A stretch of DNA of 64,000 nucleotides from Candidatus Liptonbacteria bacterium (GTDB taxonomy: Bacteria; Patescibacteriota; Minisyncoccia; UBA6257; 2-01-FULL-56-20): the NCBI GenBank assembly GCA_016204355.1, contig JACQKT010000018.1:4987-68986 (forward strand), read 5' to 3'. Position 1 is the stretch's first letter. Each line of letters begins with the position of its first letter. Positions 45,700 to 55,314 of this stretch are shown here, piece by piece. Below the pieces are notes generated by a model that saw nothing but the letters and a program-made list of their open reading frames with translations, was not told where the DNA came from and ran no database searches. The translations under genes were made by a program, and so were the position numbers.

Positions 45700-47055
45700 T
45701 TATTTTCCATGCGAGGGTATGAGTAATTTTTTAGTTATTTTTAAAGCGCTGTCAATATCCTTTTTGGAAGTCGGCCTGCCAAAAGTGAAACGAATGCTCC
45801 GGCGGGCGCGTTTCTCGGAAAAACCCATCTCTTTTATCACATAAGAGGGTCCCGAAGACCGCGCGGAGCACGCAGATCCTGCCGAAGCCGCGAGACCTGC
45901 CAAATCGAAACTCGTCAACAAATCCTGCGCTTCATAATCCGGAAAATGAACATTCAAAAAATTCGGGAGGGTTTTCCTCGCGCTGCCGTTGCGCTCCGCT
46001 CTCGGATATATTTTTTTCAATTCCTTCCAAAAATAATCTCGCAGTGCCGATGTTCTTTTGCTTTCCGAAACGCGCAGACGGGGAACAATCTCCGCGGCTT
46101 TTGCGAATCCGACGATCAAAGGAATGTTTTCGGTGCCGGACCGGATCCCGAATTCCTGGCCGCCCCCCATTATAATTGGGTTTAAGATGTAGGAATTATG
46201 ATTCATGAGCCCCCTGTTTCTTAATAAATCTTTTTTCTTAAATCCTAATTCGCGCGCATAAAGGGCTCCGGCGCCTTTCGGACCGTAAATTTTGTGAGCG
46301 GATAAAGTCATAAGATCGACTCCCAGCCTGCCTACATCGCAATCGAAAAATTGGAACGCTTGAACGGCATCTGTATGAAAGAGGGGGTAGAAGCTGGAAT
46401 TTGTTTCGGCTTTCCGCTTTTTGAAATCATTAATTATTTTTTTTATTTCGAAAAGCGGCTGTATCGTGCCGATTTCGTTGTTGGCGTACATGACCGACAC
46501 CAAAACTGTCCGCTCATTCAGCGATTCTTCGAGTTTTTTCAAATCGACCAGTCCCTCCTCCGATACCGGAATGAAAGTTACTTCAACTCCGTCTTTTTCC
46601 AGCTCGTGCGCAGTTTCAAGAACCGATTCATGCTCGATAGACGAAACGATGACGCGAAGCGGAAATCGCTTTTTGAAGAAGCTCTCGGAGGTGCGCCGGG
46701 TTTGGTCTCCAAAGGAGCCGGCGCGCCGAGAGCGCAGGTGGGTGCTAGTCGTCGGAGTGAGCAAACCGCCGGTTCCCAAAAAAGCGATTTCCGCCGCTTT
46801 CACCGCTCCCCGCAACGCAAGGTTGTTAGCTTCCGTAGCCGAGCCGGTAAAAACGACTTCACGGAATCCCGCGCCTATCGTTTTTGAAATAGCTTCGCGC
46901 GATTCGTCGAGTGCCCTTATCGCTTCCTGACCGAAATAATGCAGCGAGCCGGCGTTGCCGTATTTTTCGGCAAAGTACGGACGCATCGCTTTTTCCGCTT
47001 CCGGCGCAACCGGAGTAGAAGCGGCGTAATCAAAATAGAGTCTGGCTCTTGGCAT
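45700..47055 (-). CDS. cysteine desulfurase (class V aminotransferase; IscS/NifS-like)
   Basis: SAHKIYGPKGAGALY PLP-lysine motif, SSIEHESVLET and ATEANNLAL blocks. Carries an in-frame insert of about 44 aa between the latter two (see findings). Confidence 0.8.
   Translation of the reverse strand: MPRARLYFDYAASTPVAPEAEKAMRPYFAEKYGNAGSLHYFGQEAIRALDESREAISKTIGAGFREVVFTGSATEANNLALRGAVKAAEIAFLGTGGLLTPTTSTHLRSRRAGSFGDQTRRTSESFFKKRFPLRVIVSSIEHESVLETAHELEKDGVEVTFIPVSEEGLVDLKKLEESLNERTVLVSVMYANNEIGTIQPLFEIKKIINDFKKRKAETNSSFYPLFHTDAVQAFQFFDCDVGRLGVDLMTLSAHKIYGPKGAGALYARELGFKKKDLLRNRGLMNHNSYILNPIIMGGGQEFGIRSGTENIPLIVGFAKAAEIVPRLRVSESKRTSALRDYFWKELKKIYPRAERNGSARKTLPNFLNVHFPDYEAQDLLTSFDLAGLAASAGSACSARSSGPSYVIKEMGFSEKRARRSIRFTFGRPTSKKDIDSALKITKKLLIPSHGK
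46659..46793. repeat. GC-rich palindromic insertion inside the cysteine desulfurase ORF
   Basis: Terminal inverted repeats GCGGAAATCGCTTTTTG / CAAAAAAGCGATTTCCGC enclose about 100 nt holding nested palindromes (GCTCTCGG..CCGAGAGC, GCGCCGG..CCGGCGC, GGTTTG..CAAACC). Confidence 0.5.
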
Positions 47056-47605
47056 CGCTAAAAGTCAAAATTACCGATTCTCCGTTCATGGAGTCGGGAA
47101 TGATGAGCTCGTTTTTAATTCTATACAAATCGTATAAATCTTTCGTGAGTTTTACGTCCTGAAGACAATACTTCTTAAGTTCTTCTATCTCGCCGTTTTT
47201 ATAAAGAGTTATCGCTTCGTATCCTTTCCTTTCTTTGCCGATGCCGAGATTCGCGCGCGAAAGTTTGTCGAGGCTTATTTTTTTGCCGAATTTTATCTCT
47301 ATTTCCTCAAGAAGATCTATTCTTTCCTTTTTCCGAAGTTCCGGCTTTATTCCAGGCAATCTGCCGAAATGCGAGTCCAGGACCGGTATGTCATATGTAT
47401 TGATGCTGAAGCCGACGAGGCGCAATGCCGAATCGAAAAGTTTTGCCGCTTCCTCCAGTTCGTTTTCACCGAAAGAAAAATATTTGTTTTTCGAATAGGA
47501 ATAAGCACAGACCATCGAAATCTCGAGCGCATTGAAATTGTTCCAGCCAACCCCGGGGTCGGTGAAAAAATTTTTTGTTTCTATATCGAAAACAAGGGTG
47601 TCCAT
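47030..47605 (-). CDS. RNase H-like 3'-5' exonuclease (YprB/PolB-exo-like)
   Basis: N-terminal VFDIETKN Exo I motif with downstream conserved acidic residues. Confidence 0.5.
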   Translation of the reverse strand: MDTLVFDIETKNFFTDPGVGWNNFNALEISMVCAYSYSKNKYFSFGENELEEAAKLFDSALRLVGFSINTYDIPVLDSHFGRLPGIKPELRKKERIDLLEEIEIKFGKKISLDKLSRANLGIGKERKGYEAITLYKNGEIEELKKYCLQDVKLTKDLYDLYRIKNELIIPDSMNGESVILTFSDAKSQTLF

Positions 47606-47681
47606 GGAAATTTTACGAAATTACTAATTTTTACGAATATACGAATTCGTATTTTCGTACTCATTCGTAACTTCGTAAATG
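47606..47681. repeat. palindromic TACGAAT-family element
   Basis: TTACGAATATACGAATTCGTATTTTCGTAC near-perfect palindrome centred on CGAATTCG, followed by TTCGTAACTTCGTAAATG. Confidence 0.55.
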
Positions 47682-48179
47682 CTAAACGTGCCTGTCGGCT
47701 ACGTTGGAAGCGGCATAACTGACCGGTTTTGTTACCGGTTCGAAATCGTGAGCGCGTATCATGCCGACGACTTCCTGTATCATCGCTTTCGTCGGTCCGT
47801 TTTCGCCGACATCAGCGTGTATCTCGAAATCCCATTCGGGCATTTCACGCCCTTCGGCGTCGGAAAGCCTTTTCAATTCGGTAAGAATTTCCTTTCCGAG
47901 GTCTATTGATATCAGAACTTCGCGTATTATCCTGTCGCGGAGCGTATGGAATTTTCCGAGCTGAGCGCGGCGCCAAAAATATCTTCCTCCGTTTCCTACC
48001 CGATGAACCACCGCGGCAGTGACGAAATCGGCCCTGCCGTCGGCAAGCCTTTCGGAATCCGTTCCTATCATTATTTTGTATTTGCGTTTCGGCTGTTCCT
48101 TCATAAAGCGGATTATCTCCTCCGCGACCCTATGAACGGTTAGCTTGATTCCGAAAGAACTGTTGAAAAATTCGGGCAT
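47682..48179 (-). CDS. DUF458/YkuK-like protein (predicted RNase H-like fold)
   Basis: 165 aa with the KIMIGTDSE motif typical of YkuK-family proteins. Confidence 0.45.
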   Translation of the reverse strand: MPEFFNSSFGIKLTVHRVAEEIIRFMKEQPKRKYKIMIGTDSERLADGRADFVTAAVVHRVGNGGRYFWRRAQLGKFHTLRDRIIREVLISIDLGKEILTELKRLSDAEGREMPEWDFEIHADVGENGPTKAMIQEVVGMIRAHDFEPVTKPVSYAASNVADRHV

Positions 48180-48253
48180 TGTTTCATTACTCTACGCTTA
48201 ACAAAGGTTCTGTGTCAACAGAATACCGGCTGTTCGCCCTCTTGAATTGTTTA

Positions 48254-48286
48254 GCGCCCGTCGGGGTTACCCGCGGGCGCTTTTTT
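48254..48286 (+). terminator. orphan plus-strand intrinsic terminator between two minus-strand genes
   Basis: GCGCCCGTCGGGG-tta-CCCGCGGGCGC hairpin followed by T6 on the plus strand only. Confidence 0.4.
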
Positions 48287-48298
48287 CTGGTTCGATTT

Positions 48299-48664
48299 TC
48301 ATGAGGCTTCCTTTCTTGCGAGGGTTATCGATACGCTCAGGCTTTCGATAAGCTGTCTGAGTTGTCCGGAGGGCAGTTCTCTTCCTTCCGTTGAAGTAAC
48401 TGACCCTTCGAGAGCCTCGACGAACTGCTCAAGTTCTCGAAGAACCGATTCTCCTTCCCGAATCACATCATCGGCTTCTTTTCCCGACAGCGTTCCGCAG
48501 AAAATCGAATCTATTTTGGGCAGCAATCTTTCCGCCCTTTCTGCCGGTGTTTCAATATTTCCTATCGCCATCAGCATAAAATCACCTCCTTTCTCTGATG
48601 GTATTGCGTTTACTAAATTGGCAAAATGCCACTTAAAAATAGCAGGAAAATTAACCGCAATCAA
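48299..48664 (-). CDS. hypothetical small protein
   Basis: 121-aa ORF with acidic helical composition. No family recognised. Confidence 0.4.
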   Translation of the reverse strand: MIAVNFPAIFKWHFANLVNAIPSEKGGDFMLMAIGNIETPAERAERLLPKIDSIFCGTLSGKEADDVIREGESVLRELEQFVEALEGSVTSTEGRELPSGQLRQLIESLSVSITLARKEAS

Positions 48665-48666
48665 TA

Positions 48667-49461
48667 TTAATTTAAAAGAAAGCGTATGAATTTTGCCGTT
48701 TCACTCGGGCCAGAAACCTGAAAACACTCCACTCCGGTTTTTTTGGCGGCGTAGTCGTTGCCGCCCGGATAAAGCGCGTCTCCGACAAAAATCATTTTTT
48801 TGACGGGAGTGCGGAGATTTTTTTCTATCTGCCTCACCCCGTACGCCTTGTCTATTCCTTTTTTCGTTATATCGATGGACGTATAACCGGCGGAATGGAC
48901 CTCGAGGTCCGGGAGTTTTTTCTGAAGCATTTTCGCCATTTTCAGTTTCAACGCGGTGTTTTTCTTTTTCCATTCATTTTTAAGGCGCACCCCTTCTCTT
49001 TCTCCAAGCATAGCAACGACTTCCTGGCCCAAAGCCGAGAAAGTTATTTGCGTGCCGCGATCCTCGATAACTTTTCCGTAAGTTTTTTCCGGATGAACAT
49101 AGTTCGCTTCTCTGAAAACTTCCGCGAATGCCTTTTTTATCCTCGCGCGGTCTCTTTTGGAAAGCTCGTGTCTGTAAACTTTTTTCCAGCCGTTTTTATA
49201 GCGATAGAAAGCGGTCGACGTTGTCGGAAAAAGGAAGAGGTTTTTCAAAAGTTCTTTGGGGCATCTGAAGCGCGCGATGAATTGTTTTTTGAAAAGTTCA
49301 TATTTCCCTCCGCCGATTATCGCAACACGTTTTTTCTTGAGCAGCTTGACTAGCAGTGCTGACATCTCCGGCTTCAGATAACTCTTGCTTTCCGTGAGTG
49401 TTCCGTCGAGGTCAAAAACGACGAGTTCCTTCGTTTTATATTTTTCTTTAAGCGATTTCAT
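48667..49461 (-). CDS. HAD-family hydrolase of the eukaryotic-type phosphomannomutase (PMM) subfamily
   Basis: VVFDLDGTLTESKSYLKPEMSALLVKLLKKKRVAIIGGGKYEL parallels the PMM motif LFDVDGTLT...IGVVGGSD. C-terminal HSAGYTSIDITKKGIDK parallels SIGGQISFDVFPxGWDK. Confidence 0.6.
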   Translation of the reverse strand: MKSLKEKYKTKELVVFDLDGTLTESKSYLKPEMSALLVKLLKKKRVAIIGGGKYELFKKQFIARFRCPKELLKNLFLFPTTSTAFYRYKNGWKKVYRHELSKRDRARIKKAFAEVFREANYVHPEKTYGKVIEDRGTQITFSALGQEVVAMLGEREGVRLKNEWKKKNTALKLKMAKMLQKKLPDLEVHSAGYTSIDITKKGIDKAYGVRQIEKNLRTPVKKMIFVGDALYPGGNDYAAKKTGVECFQVSGPSETAKFIRFLLN

Positions 49462-49638
49462 TTGAAGCTTACAATATCACAATTTTACTATGAATCAATT
49501 TGAACTTTGCCTGCTGAAACTTTTGGCAAAAAATTGGACTCCGCCGCCCTGCGGGAGTAGCATACTGCCCAAGCGGCTTCGGCCGTCAGCACTATTGAAA
49601 AATCCATAGAACCTCACTCTCGCTCAAGGAGAATCGCG

Positions 49639-51294
49639 ATGTTAGACACATTCAAGAAGGCAACGGCCGAAGCCATGCAGGCGATTGAAGAAGAAATGCG
49701 CGTCCGCCGCACAAAGGAGGTCTTTCTCCTTTTCGCGATGGGCAGCCAATACGACCACCTGATTTTCCAGGCGCTCAGCAAGCTTGGCGTTTATTGTCTT
49801 GTTGCCGACCCTGCGTCGGTTACGGCTAAAGACGTTGAAAAGCTTGGACCGAAGGGCATTATCGTTTCCGGCGGACCTACGTCCGTGGAAACGGAACCGC
49901 CTCCGTTCGATTCGAAAATCTTCGACCTTGAAATTCCCGTCTTCGGAATATGCCTCGGTTTTCAGATGTGGGCAAAACACATCGGCGTCCGCGTGAGCGG
50001 CGGCAGCGAATTCGGCAGACACGACATGCGCGTCGTGAATGCAGAAAACTTGTTCGCCGGCTGCGACCCCGTTATGACCGTTCTCCAAAGCCACGGTGAG
50101 CGGGTCGAGTTCAACGATATGATGACAACGCTCGGCGCGACAGACGGCATCTTGGCAGCTGCGTGGTATCAAAACCTTTGGGGCGTTCAGTTCCACCCCG
50201 AGGTTACCGACACTCCGCAAGGGCTTAAGGTTTTCGAGAACTTTTGCTTCAAGATTTGCGGCGCGAAGGACCGTTTTCCCGCCCGCGACGTCGCGAAGCA
50301 GAAAGTCGAGAAACTGCGGGAGCAAACAAAGGATAAGGCAGTATTACTTCTCCTGTCCGGCGGATCGGACTCCTCTACGGTCGCCTACCTGCTGAAAGAA
50401 GCACTACGAGGAGAACAACGGGTACGTGGCGTTTACATCAAGGGCATTGATCGCCCTGAGGATGAAGCGTTCGTTCAGAAACATTTCGGCAACCAGGACT
50501 GGATCGATCTTGTGATCGTCGATGCCACAGACCGCTTCCTCGAAGCATTTTCGGGGCCGAAGACAACGCTTCAACGCCTTTGGTGGTGGCTAACCCGCAA
50601 AAAGCCGCCGACAACGATGAAAGAAAAGCGGCTCGCAATGCGCGGAGTTTACAAGGCGATCGCCGAAGAAGAAGCGAAAAGATACAGCGCCGAAATTCGG
50701 ATGCCTGTAGAGATAGCTCAGGGGACGCTTTACACCGATATCTCCGAAAGCGGCGGCGGACATTCAAGCGGCGCGCGGAAAGCGGTAATCAAGATACATC
50801 ACAATGTAAAACTTGGGCTCCGTTTTCCCGAACTGACTCCGCTCGACGACTGCGTCAAAGACGGCGGCCGGAACATCGGCAGAGAAATCGGCGTTCCCGA
50901 AGAACTGCTTGTCCGACATCCGTTCCCCGGAGTCGGGCTCGCGGTGCGCATCGAAGGGCGGGTAACCCGAGAAAAACTCGCGATGGCTAGGCAAATTGAC
51001 GGGATTTACATCGACGAACTCCGTCGCGCAAATCTCTACGATTCGGTCTGGCAAGCGGGCGCCGTCGTTACCTCATCAATGCACACTTATACCAAGGGTG
51101 ACGACGCGGGAATCGGTCCGGCAATCGCAATTTGGGCCGTCTGGAGCGAGAACGGGTTTACCGCAAAAGCAGCGGCTCTTCCGTTAGACTTCAGGATTCG
51201 GCTTTCGCGGCGCATCGGCAACGAAGTGCCTGGCGTTGGCGCGGTTGTGGAACGCATCTCCGGCAAACCTTTCTCAACCATCGAGTGGGGGTAA
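49639..51294 (+). CDS. guaA: GMP synthase (glutamine-hydrolysing)
   Basis: Class-I glutamine amidotransferase (GATase) Cys box (GICLGFQMW), PP-loop SGGSDSS and the canonical GuaA C-terminus ...TIEWG. About 58% GC, the highest in the window. Confidence 0.8.
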   Translation: MLDTFKKATAEAMQAIEEEMRVRRTKEVFLLFAMGSQYDHLIFQALSKLGVYCLVADPASVTAKDVEKLGPKGIIVSGGPTSVETEPPPFDSKIFDLEIPVFGICLGFQMWAKHIGVRVSGGSEFGRHDMRVVNAENLFAGCDPVMTVLQSHGERVEFNDMMTTLGATDGILAAAWYQNLWGVQFHPEVTDTPQGLKVFENFCFKICGAKDRFPARDVAKQKVEKLREQTKDKAVLLLLSGGSDSSTVAYLLKEALRGEQRVRGVYIKGIDRPEDEAFVQKHFGNQDWIDLVIVDATDRFLEAFSGPKTTLQRLWWWLTRKKPPTTMKEKRLAMRGVYKAIAEEEAKRYSAEIRMPVEIAQGTLYTDISESGGGHSSGARKAVIKIHHNVKLGLRFPELTPLDDCVKDGGRNIGREIGVPEELLVRHPFPGVGLAVRIEGRVTREKLAMARQIDGIYIDELRRANLYDSVWQAGAVVTSSMHTYTKGDDAGIGPAIAIWAVWSENGFTAKAAALPLDFRIRLSRRIGNEVPGVGAVVERISGKPFSTIEWG

Positions 51295-51311
51295 GTCGGG
51301 CAAGGTCAAGG

Positions 51312-51350
51312 GGTCAGCCATCTTCTTCATTTGGCTGACCTCCTTTTTTT
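51312..51350 (+). terminator. intrinsic terminator downstream of guaA
   Basis: GGTCAGCCA-tcttcttcat-TGGCTGACC 9-bp stem followed by TCCTTTTTTT. Confidence 0.6.
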
Positions 51351-51411
51351 ATAAAGACTTCAACTGCATGGGATTTTGAAATATACTTGGGATGTATAAA
51401 TCAATATCGAA

Positions 51412-53520
51412 ATGGCGAGGAATAACGACTCCAAAAATGGCAGGAGCGGAAACGGACAGCGGGAAAAAGAACATCGTCTCCGTCCTGAAACAAAGCGAAG
51501 CATATGGGCCATAGCTTTCATTGGTCTCGCCACTATTTTTTTTCTTGCGGGCTTTCATAAAGCAGGGCTGGGCGGCGAGTTTTTGTTCGAAATTTTTCAG
51601 ACGCTTCTGGGTTACGGTTACTTCGCACTGCCGACGATACTTTTGATAGTTGCCGGAGTTTTTTTGACATCCGAGGGGCGCTTCGTCGGAATGACGCTTT
51701 TCGGCGGATTCCTTATGATACTTTCTTCCCTTGGCCTGATAGATATCGCTCAGGCGGGGAACGGCGGCTGGCTGGGCGTTGTTCTAGGCTCCCTTAAAAT
51801 ACCCTTCGGCGGCCTCGCGGCGGCGATAATAGATTCGATAGTTTTTGTTGCGGCAATTCTCGTAACGCTTAACGTTCCGCTGAAAATAAAGTTGCCAAAA
51901 AGAAAAGAAAAAGAATATCCCCTTACGAAAAGCGAGGAAAAAAATGTAGCCGAAGCCGAAGAGGAAGAAAGCGAAAAAGAAGACAAAGACGAAGAAGAGC
52001 CTGCTGCCGTAAAAGTTGCCGAAACCAAAACTCCGATTTTCGCGAAAATAAAAAGAACCGCGCGGCCTGTTTTCCAGAATTATGTCCCGCCGCCGCTCGA
52101 CCTTTTGAAATCTTCCACCGAAAAACCGACGACCGGCGACCTGCGCGCGAACGCGAACATTATAAAGAGAACTCTCGACAGCTTCGGAATTCCCGTCGAA
52201 ATGGGCGAGATAAACATAGGACCGAAAGTTACCCGATACACATTGAAGCCGGCGGAGGGCGTGAAACTTTCAAGAATTATGGCGCTCGGGCAGGACCTCG
52301 CGCTTGCTCTCGCGGCGCATCCGATAAGAATAGAAGCGCCGATACCTGGAAAATCGCTCGTCGGAATCGAAGTGCCGAACAAAGCGGCGGCGCTCGTCCG
52401 GCTCGGAAGCCTCATGGCCTACCAGGAATTCAATTCTTCCGGCTTGCTCGGTTTCACGCTCGGAAGAGACGTAACCGGCGAGCCGATATTCGCCGACCTC
52501 GAACGGATGCCCCACCTTCTGATAGCGGGTTCGACCGGCAGCGGAAAATCGATAATGATCCAGTCGCTCATAATCTCGCTTCTTTACAAAAATTCCCCGG
52601 CCACGCTGAAGCTCATAATGCTGGACCCGAAGCGCGTGGAACTTTCGGGATATGAAGGAATCCCCCATCTCGTAAGCCCGGTGATAGTCGAAAACAAAAA
52701 ATCGCTCAACGTTTTCCGCTGGGCGATAAAGGAAATGGAACAGAGATACGAGATTCTCCAGAAATCGGGCAACCGCGATATCAAGAGCTACAACTCGAAA
52801 ATCGTCGGCGAAACAGGCGGCGAAAACCAAAACCAGCCCGACGTTCTCCCTTATATAGTGATAATCGTCGACGAACTCGCCGACCTGATGACTTCCTACG
52901 GGCGCGAAGTGGAAGGTTCCGTCGTCCGTCTCGCGCAGATGGCGAGGGCAACAGGCATACATTTAGTTCTTTCGACCCAGAGACCGTCTGTCGAAATAAT
53001 CACAGGGCTAATCAAGGCGAATATTACGAGCCGCATCGCGCTTCAGGTTGCGAGCCAGGTCGATTCGCGCACGATAATCGACACGTCGGGCGCCGAAAAA
53101 TTGCTCGGCGCGGGAGATTTGCTTTTTGTTTCATCCGAACTTTCGAAACCGAAAAGAATTCAGGGAGCATACATAACCGAAGAAGAAATAAAGAAGGTCG
53201 CGGACTTTATAAGAGACAACAATGCCGCCCCCGAAGAGGAAATCCAGTTCTCCGCCGAAAACGGAAATGGCAACGGCGGAGCGATGTCGATTTTCGACGA
53301 ATCGCTTGAAGAAGACTTGGACGAAATGTACGATGAGGCCGTGGAGGTTGTCCGCCAGGCGCAAAAAGCTTCCGCCTCCCTTTTGCAGCGACGCCTCAAA
53401 GTCGGCTATGCCCGCGCCGCCCGTCTCCTCGATCTTATGGAAGAAAAAGGAATAATCGGCCCGGGAGACGGAGCGAAGCCGAGGGATGTTTATTTGAGTA
53501 AGGATACTTTTCAGGAATAA
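51412..53520 (+). CDS. ftsK: DNA translocase FtsK/SpoIIIE
   Basis: N-terminal TM helices, acidic linker, motor domain with Walker A GSTGSGKS and a C-terminal gamma winged-helix (QRRLKVGYARAARLLDLMEEKGIIG). Confidence 0.9.
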   Translation: MARNNDSKNGRSGNGQREKEHRLRPETKRSIWAIAFIGLATIFFLAGFHKAGLGGEFLFEIFQTLLGYGYFALPTILLIVAGVFLTSEGRFVGMTLFGGFLMILSSLGLIDIAQAGNGGWLGVVLGSLKIPFGGLAAAIIDSIVFVAAILVTLNVPLKIKLPKRKEKEYPLTKSEEKNVAEAEEEESEKEDKDEEEPAAVKVAETKTPIFAKIKRTARPVFQNYVPPPLDLLKSSTEKPTTGDLRANANIIKRTLDSFGIPVEMGEINIGPKVTRYTLKPAEGVKLSRIMALGQDLALALAAHPIRIEAPIPGKSLVGIEVPNKAAALVRLGSLMAYQEFNSSGLLGFTLGRDVTGEPIFADLERMPHLLIAGSTGSGKSIMIQSLIISLLYKNSPATLKLIMLDPKRVELSGYEGIPHLVSPVIVENKKSLNVFRWAIKEMEQRYEILQKSGNRDIKSYNSKIVGETGGENQNQPDVLPYIVIIVDELADLMTSYGREVEGSVVRLAQMARATGIHLVLSTQRPSVEIITGLIKANITSRIALQVASQVDSRTIIDTSGAEKLLGAGDLLFVSSELSKPKRIQGAYITEEEIKKVADFIRDNNAAPEEEIQFSAENGNGNGGAMSIFDESLEEDLDEMYDEAVEVVRQAQKASASLLQRRLKVGYARAARLLDLMEEKGIIGPGDGAKPRDVYLSKDTFQE

Positions 53521-53524
53521 AAGA

Positions 53525-54193
53525 ATGGACTACTCCGAATTTTCAACTTTTTTGAATGAGCGGATGCGTGAACGCGGATTCAACATACGGCGTCTGTCGG
53601 AACTTACTGGTGTTTCTCTGCAGCATCTTGAAGCGATTTTTTCCGGCAATTACGACCGCCTGCCGCCGGCACCTTATTTAAAAGGATACATTTCGCGGCT
53701 TGGTGATGTTCTGGATTTCGATTCCGACGAAGCATGGGAACACATTAAAAAATTCGCCAATCCCAAGAGTTCAGGAAAGGCGGACGAACTGCCGAAGAAC
53801 AGGTTTTCGCAAAAACCTATAGGCGGATATCTGGTGGCCGGAGCGGTCGCCTTGGTTCTTCTTATATATCTCGGTTTCAGGTTTTATACGATATCGGGAA
53901 CGCCCGTGATAACGGTAACTTACCCAACCGAGGACATGACGGTGGTTTACGGAAATTACATCAATATAACCGGTAAGGTATCGAACAGCGACGAACTTAG
54001 AATCGGCAACGAACAGATAGAGGTTCAGCCGAACGGAGAATGGCAGAAAACCGTTATGCTTTCGCCGGAAATGAACAATATAGAAATAACTGCAAAAAAA
54101 TTTCTGGGCAAGGAAACTAAAGTAGCTCTCCGCGTCTTTTACCAACAACCCGCGGCACAGCCGACAAGCACTCAGCAAAACGGCGGTTTTTAA
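53525..54193 (+). CDS. HTH-XRE membrane protein (RodZ-like)
   Basis: N-terminal helix-turn-helix (LSELTGVSLQHLEAIFSG), central TM, extracytoplasmic beta domain. Confidence 0.5.
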   Translation: MDYSEFSTFLNERMRERGFNIRRLSELTGVSLQHLEAIFSGNYDRLPPAPYLKGYISRLGDVLDFDSDEAWEHIKKFANPKSSGKADELPKNRFSQKPIGGYLVAGAVALVLLIYLGFRFYTISGTPVITVTYPTEDMTVVYGNYINITGKVSNSDELRIGNEQIEVQPNGEWQKTVMLSPEMNNIEITAKKFLGKETKVALRVFYQQPAAQPTSTQQNGGF

Positions 54194-54222
54194 TTTGCCG
54201 GAGATAAAGTAGAATTAACCCG

Positions 54223-55284
54223 ATGTCGCCAAAAAAACAAAAAGAAGAAAGCAAAGTGGTTCGACCCATTCAACAAGCTCAGGGCAAGCAAAACTCACCG
54301 CAGGAAACCAAAAATCAGCTCGATGAGCTGATGACTTCCCTTCAGGAGAAGTTCGGCGAAGGCGCGATAATGAAGCTCGGCGAAGTAAGGCATGTCGACG
54401 TGTCCGTGATTCCGACCGGTTCTTTTTCACTTGACCTCGCGCTTGGAGTCGGCGGATTGCCGCGGGGACGCGTAATCGAAATTTTCGGGCCCGAAGGCAG
54501 CGGGAAAACGACGCTCGCCCTTAACGTCGTCGCCCAGGCGCAAAAACAGGGCGGCAAAGCGGCATACATAGACGCCGAACACGCCCTCGACCCGGAATAC
54601 GCTGCGCGCCTCGGAGTGAAAATAAACGACCTTTTGATATCCCAGCCGGACAATGGAGAAGAAGCGTTGAATATTCTCGAGAGTTTGGTGCGCTCGGAAG
54701 CGATTTCCGTGGTAGTCGTCGATTCGGTGGCGGCACTTACGCCGAAAGCCGAAATCGAGGGAGAAATGGGAGACCAGCACATCGGCAGGCAGGCGAGAAT
54801 GATGTCGCAGGCGCTCCGCAAGCTCACGGCGCTCTCGGCGAGGTCTCAAACGATGATAATTTTTATAAACCAGATAAGGATGAAAATCGGCATTATGTTC
54901 GGAAATCCGGAAACGACTCCCGGCGGGCTTGCTCTTAAGTTCGCTTCTTCCGTTCGGCTTGATGTCCGGAGAATCGCGCAGGTTAAAAAAGGAGAAGACG
55001 TCGTCGGCAGCCGTGTCAAAGTTAAAGTTGTAAAAAACAAAGTCGCTCCGCCGTTCAGACTCGCGGAATTCGACATTATGTACGGCAAAGGAATTTCATA
55101 CGAAGCCGATGTTTTGAACGCCGGGCTCAAATACGGAGCACTCACTAAATCCGGCGCTTCCTATTCGTTCGAAGGAGAAAAAATCGCAGTCGGAATGGAA
55201 AAAGCCTGCGAAAAACTCGCCGAAGACAAAAAACTTTTGAACGCGATTAAAGCCAAGGTTAAAACGCTGGCAGCGGAGAAGTAG
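54223..55284 (+). CDS. recA: recombinase RecA
   Basis: [17 protein letters not shown] Walker [16 protein letters not shown]1/L2 loop regions. 353 aa. Confidence 0.95.
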   Translation: MSPKKQKEESKVVRPIQQAQGKQNSPQETKNQLDELMTSLQEKFGEGAIMKLGEVRHVDVSVIPTGSFSLDLALGVGGLPRGRVIEIFGPEGSGKTTLALNVVAQAQKQGGKAAYIDAEHALDPEYAARLGVKINDLLISQPDNGEEALNILESLVRSEAISVVVVDSVAALTPKAEIEGEMGDQHIGRQARMMSQALRKLTALSARSQTMIIFINQIRMKIGIMFGNPETTPGGLALKFASSVRLDVRRIAQVKKGEDVVGSRVKVKVVKNKVAPPFRLAEFDIMYGKGISYEADVLNAGLKYGALTKSGASYSFEGEKIAVGMEKACEKLAEDKKLLNAIKAKVKTLAAEK

Positions 55285-55314
55285 GTTTTATTTATAAGTA
55301 CGTCATATAAAAAT

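Noticed and set aside
49462-49638. Purine riboswitch or other leader upstream of guaA
   Set aside because: The spacer has a UUCG-capped hairpin but none of the conserved purine-riboswitch core sequences. Too little evidence.
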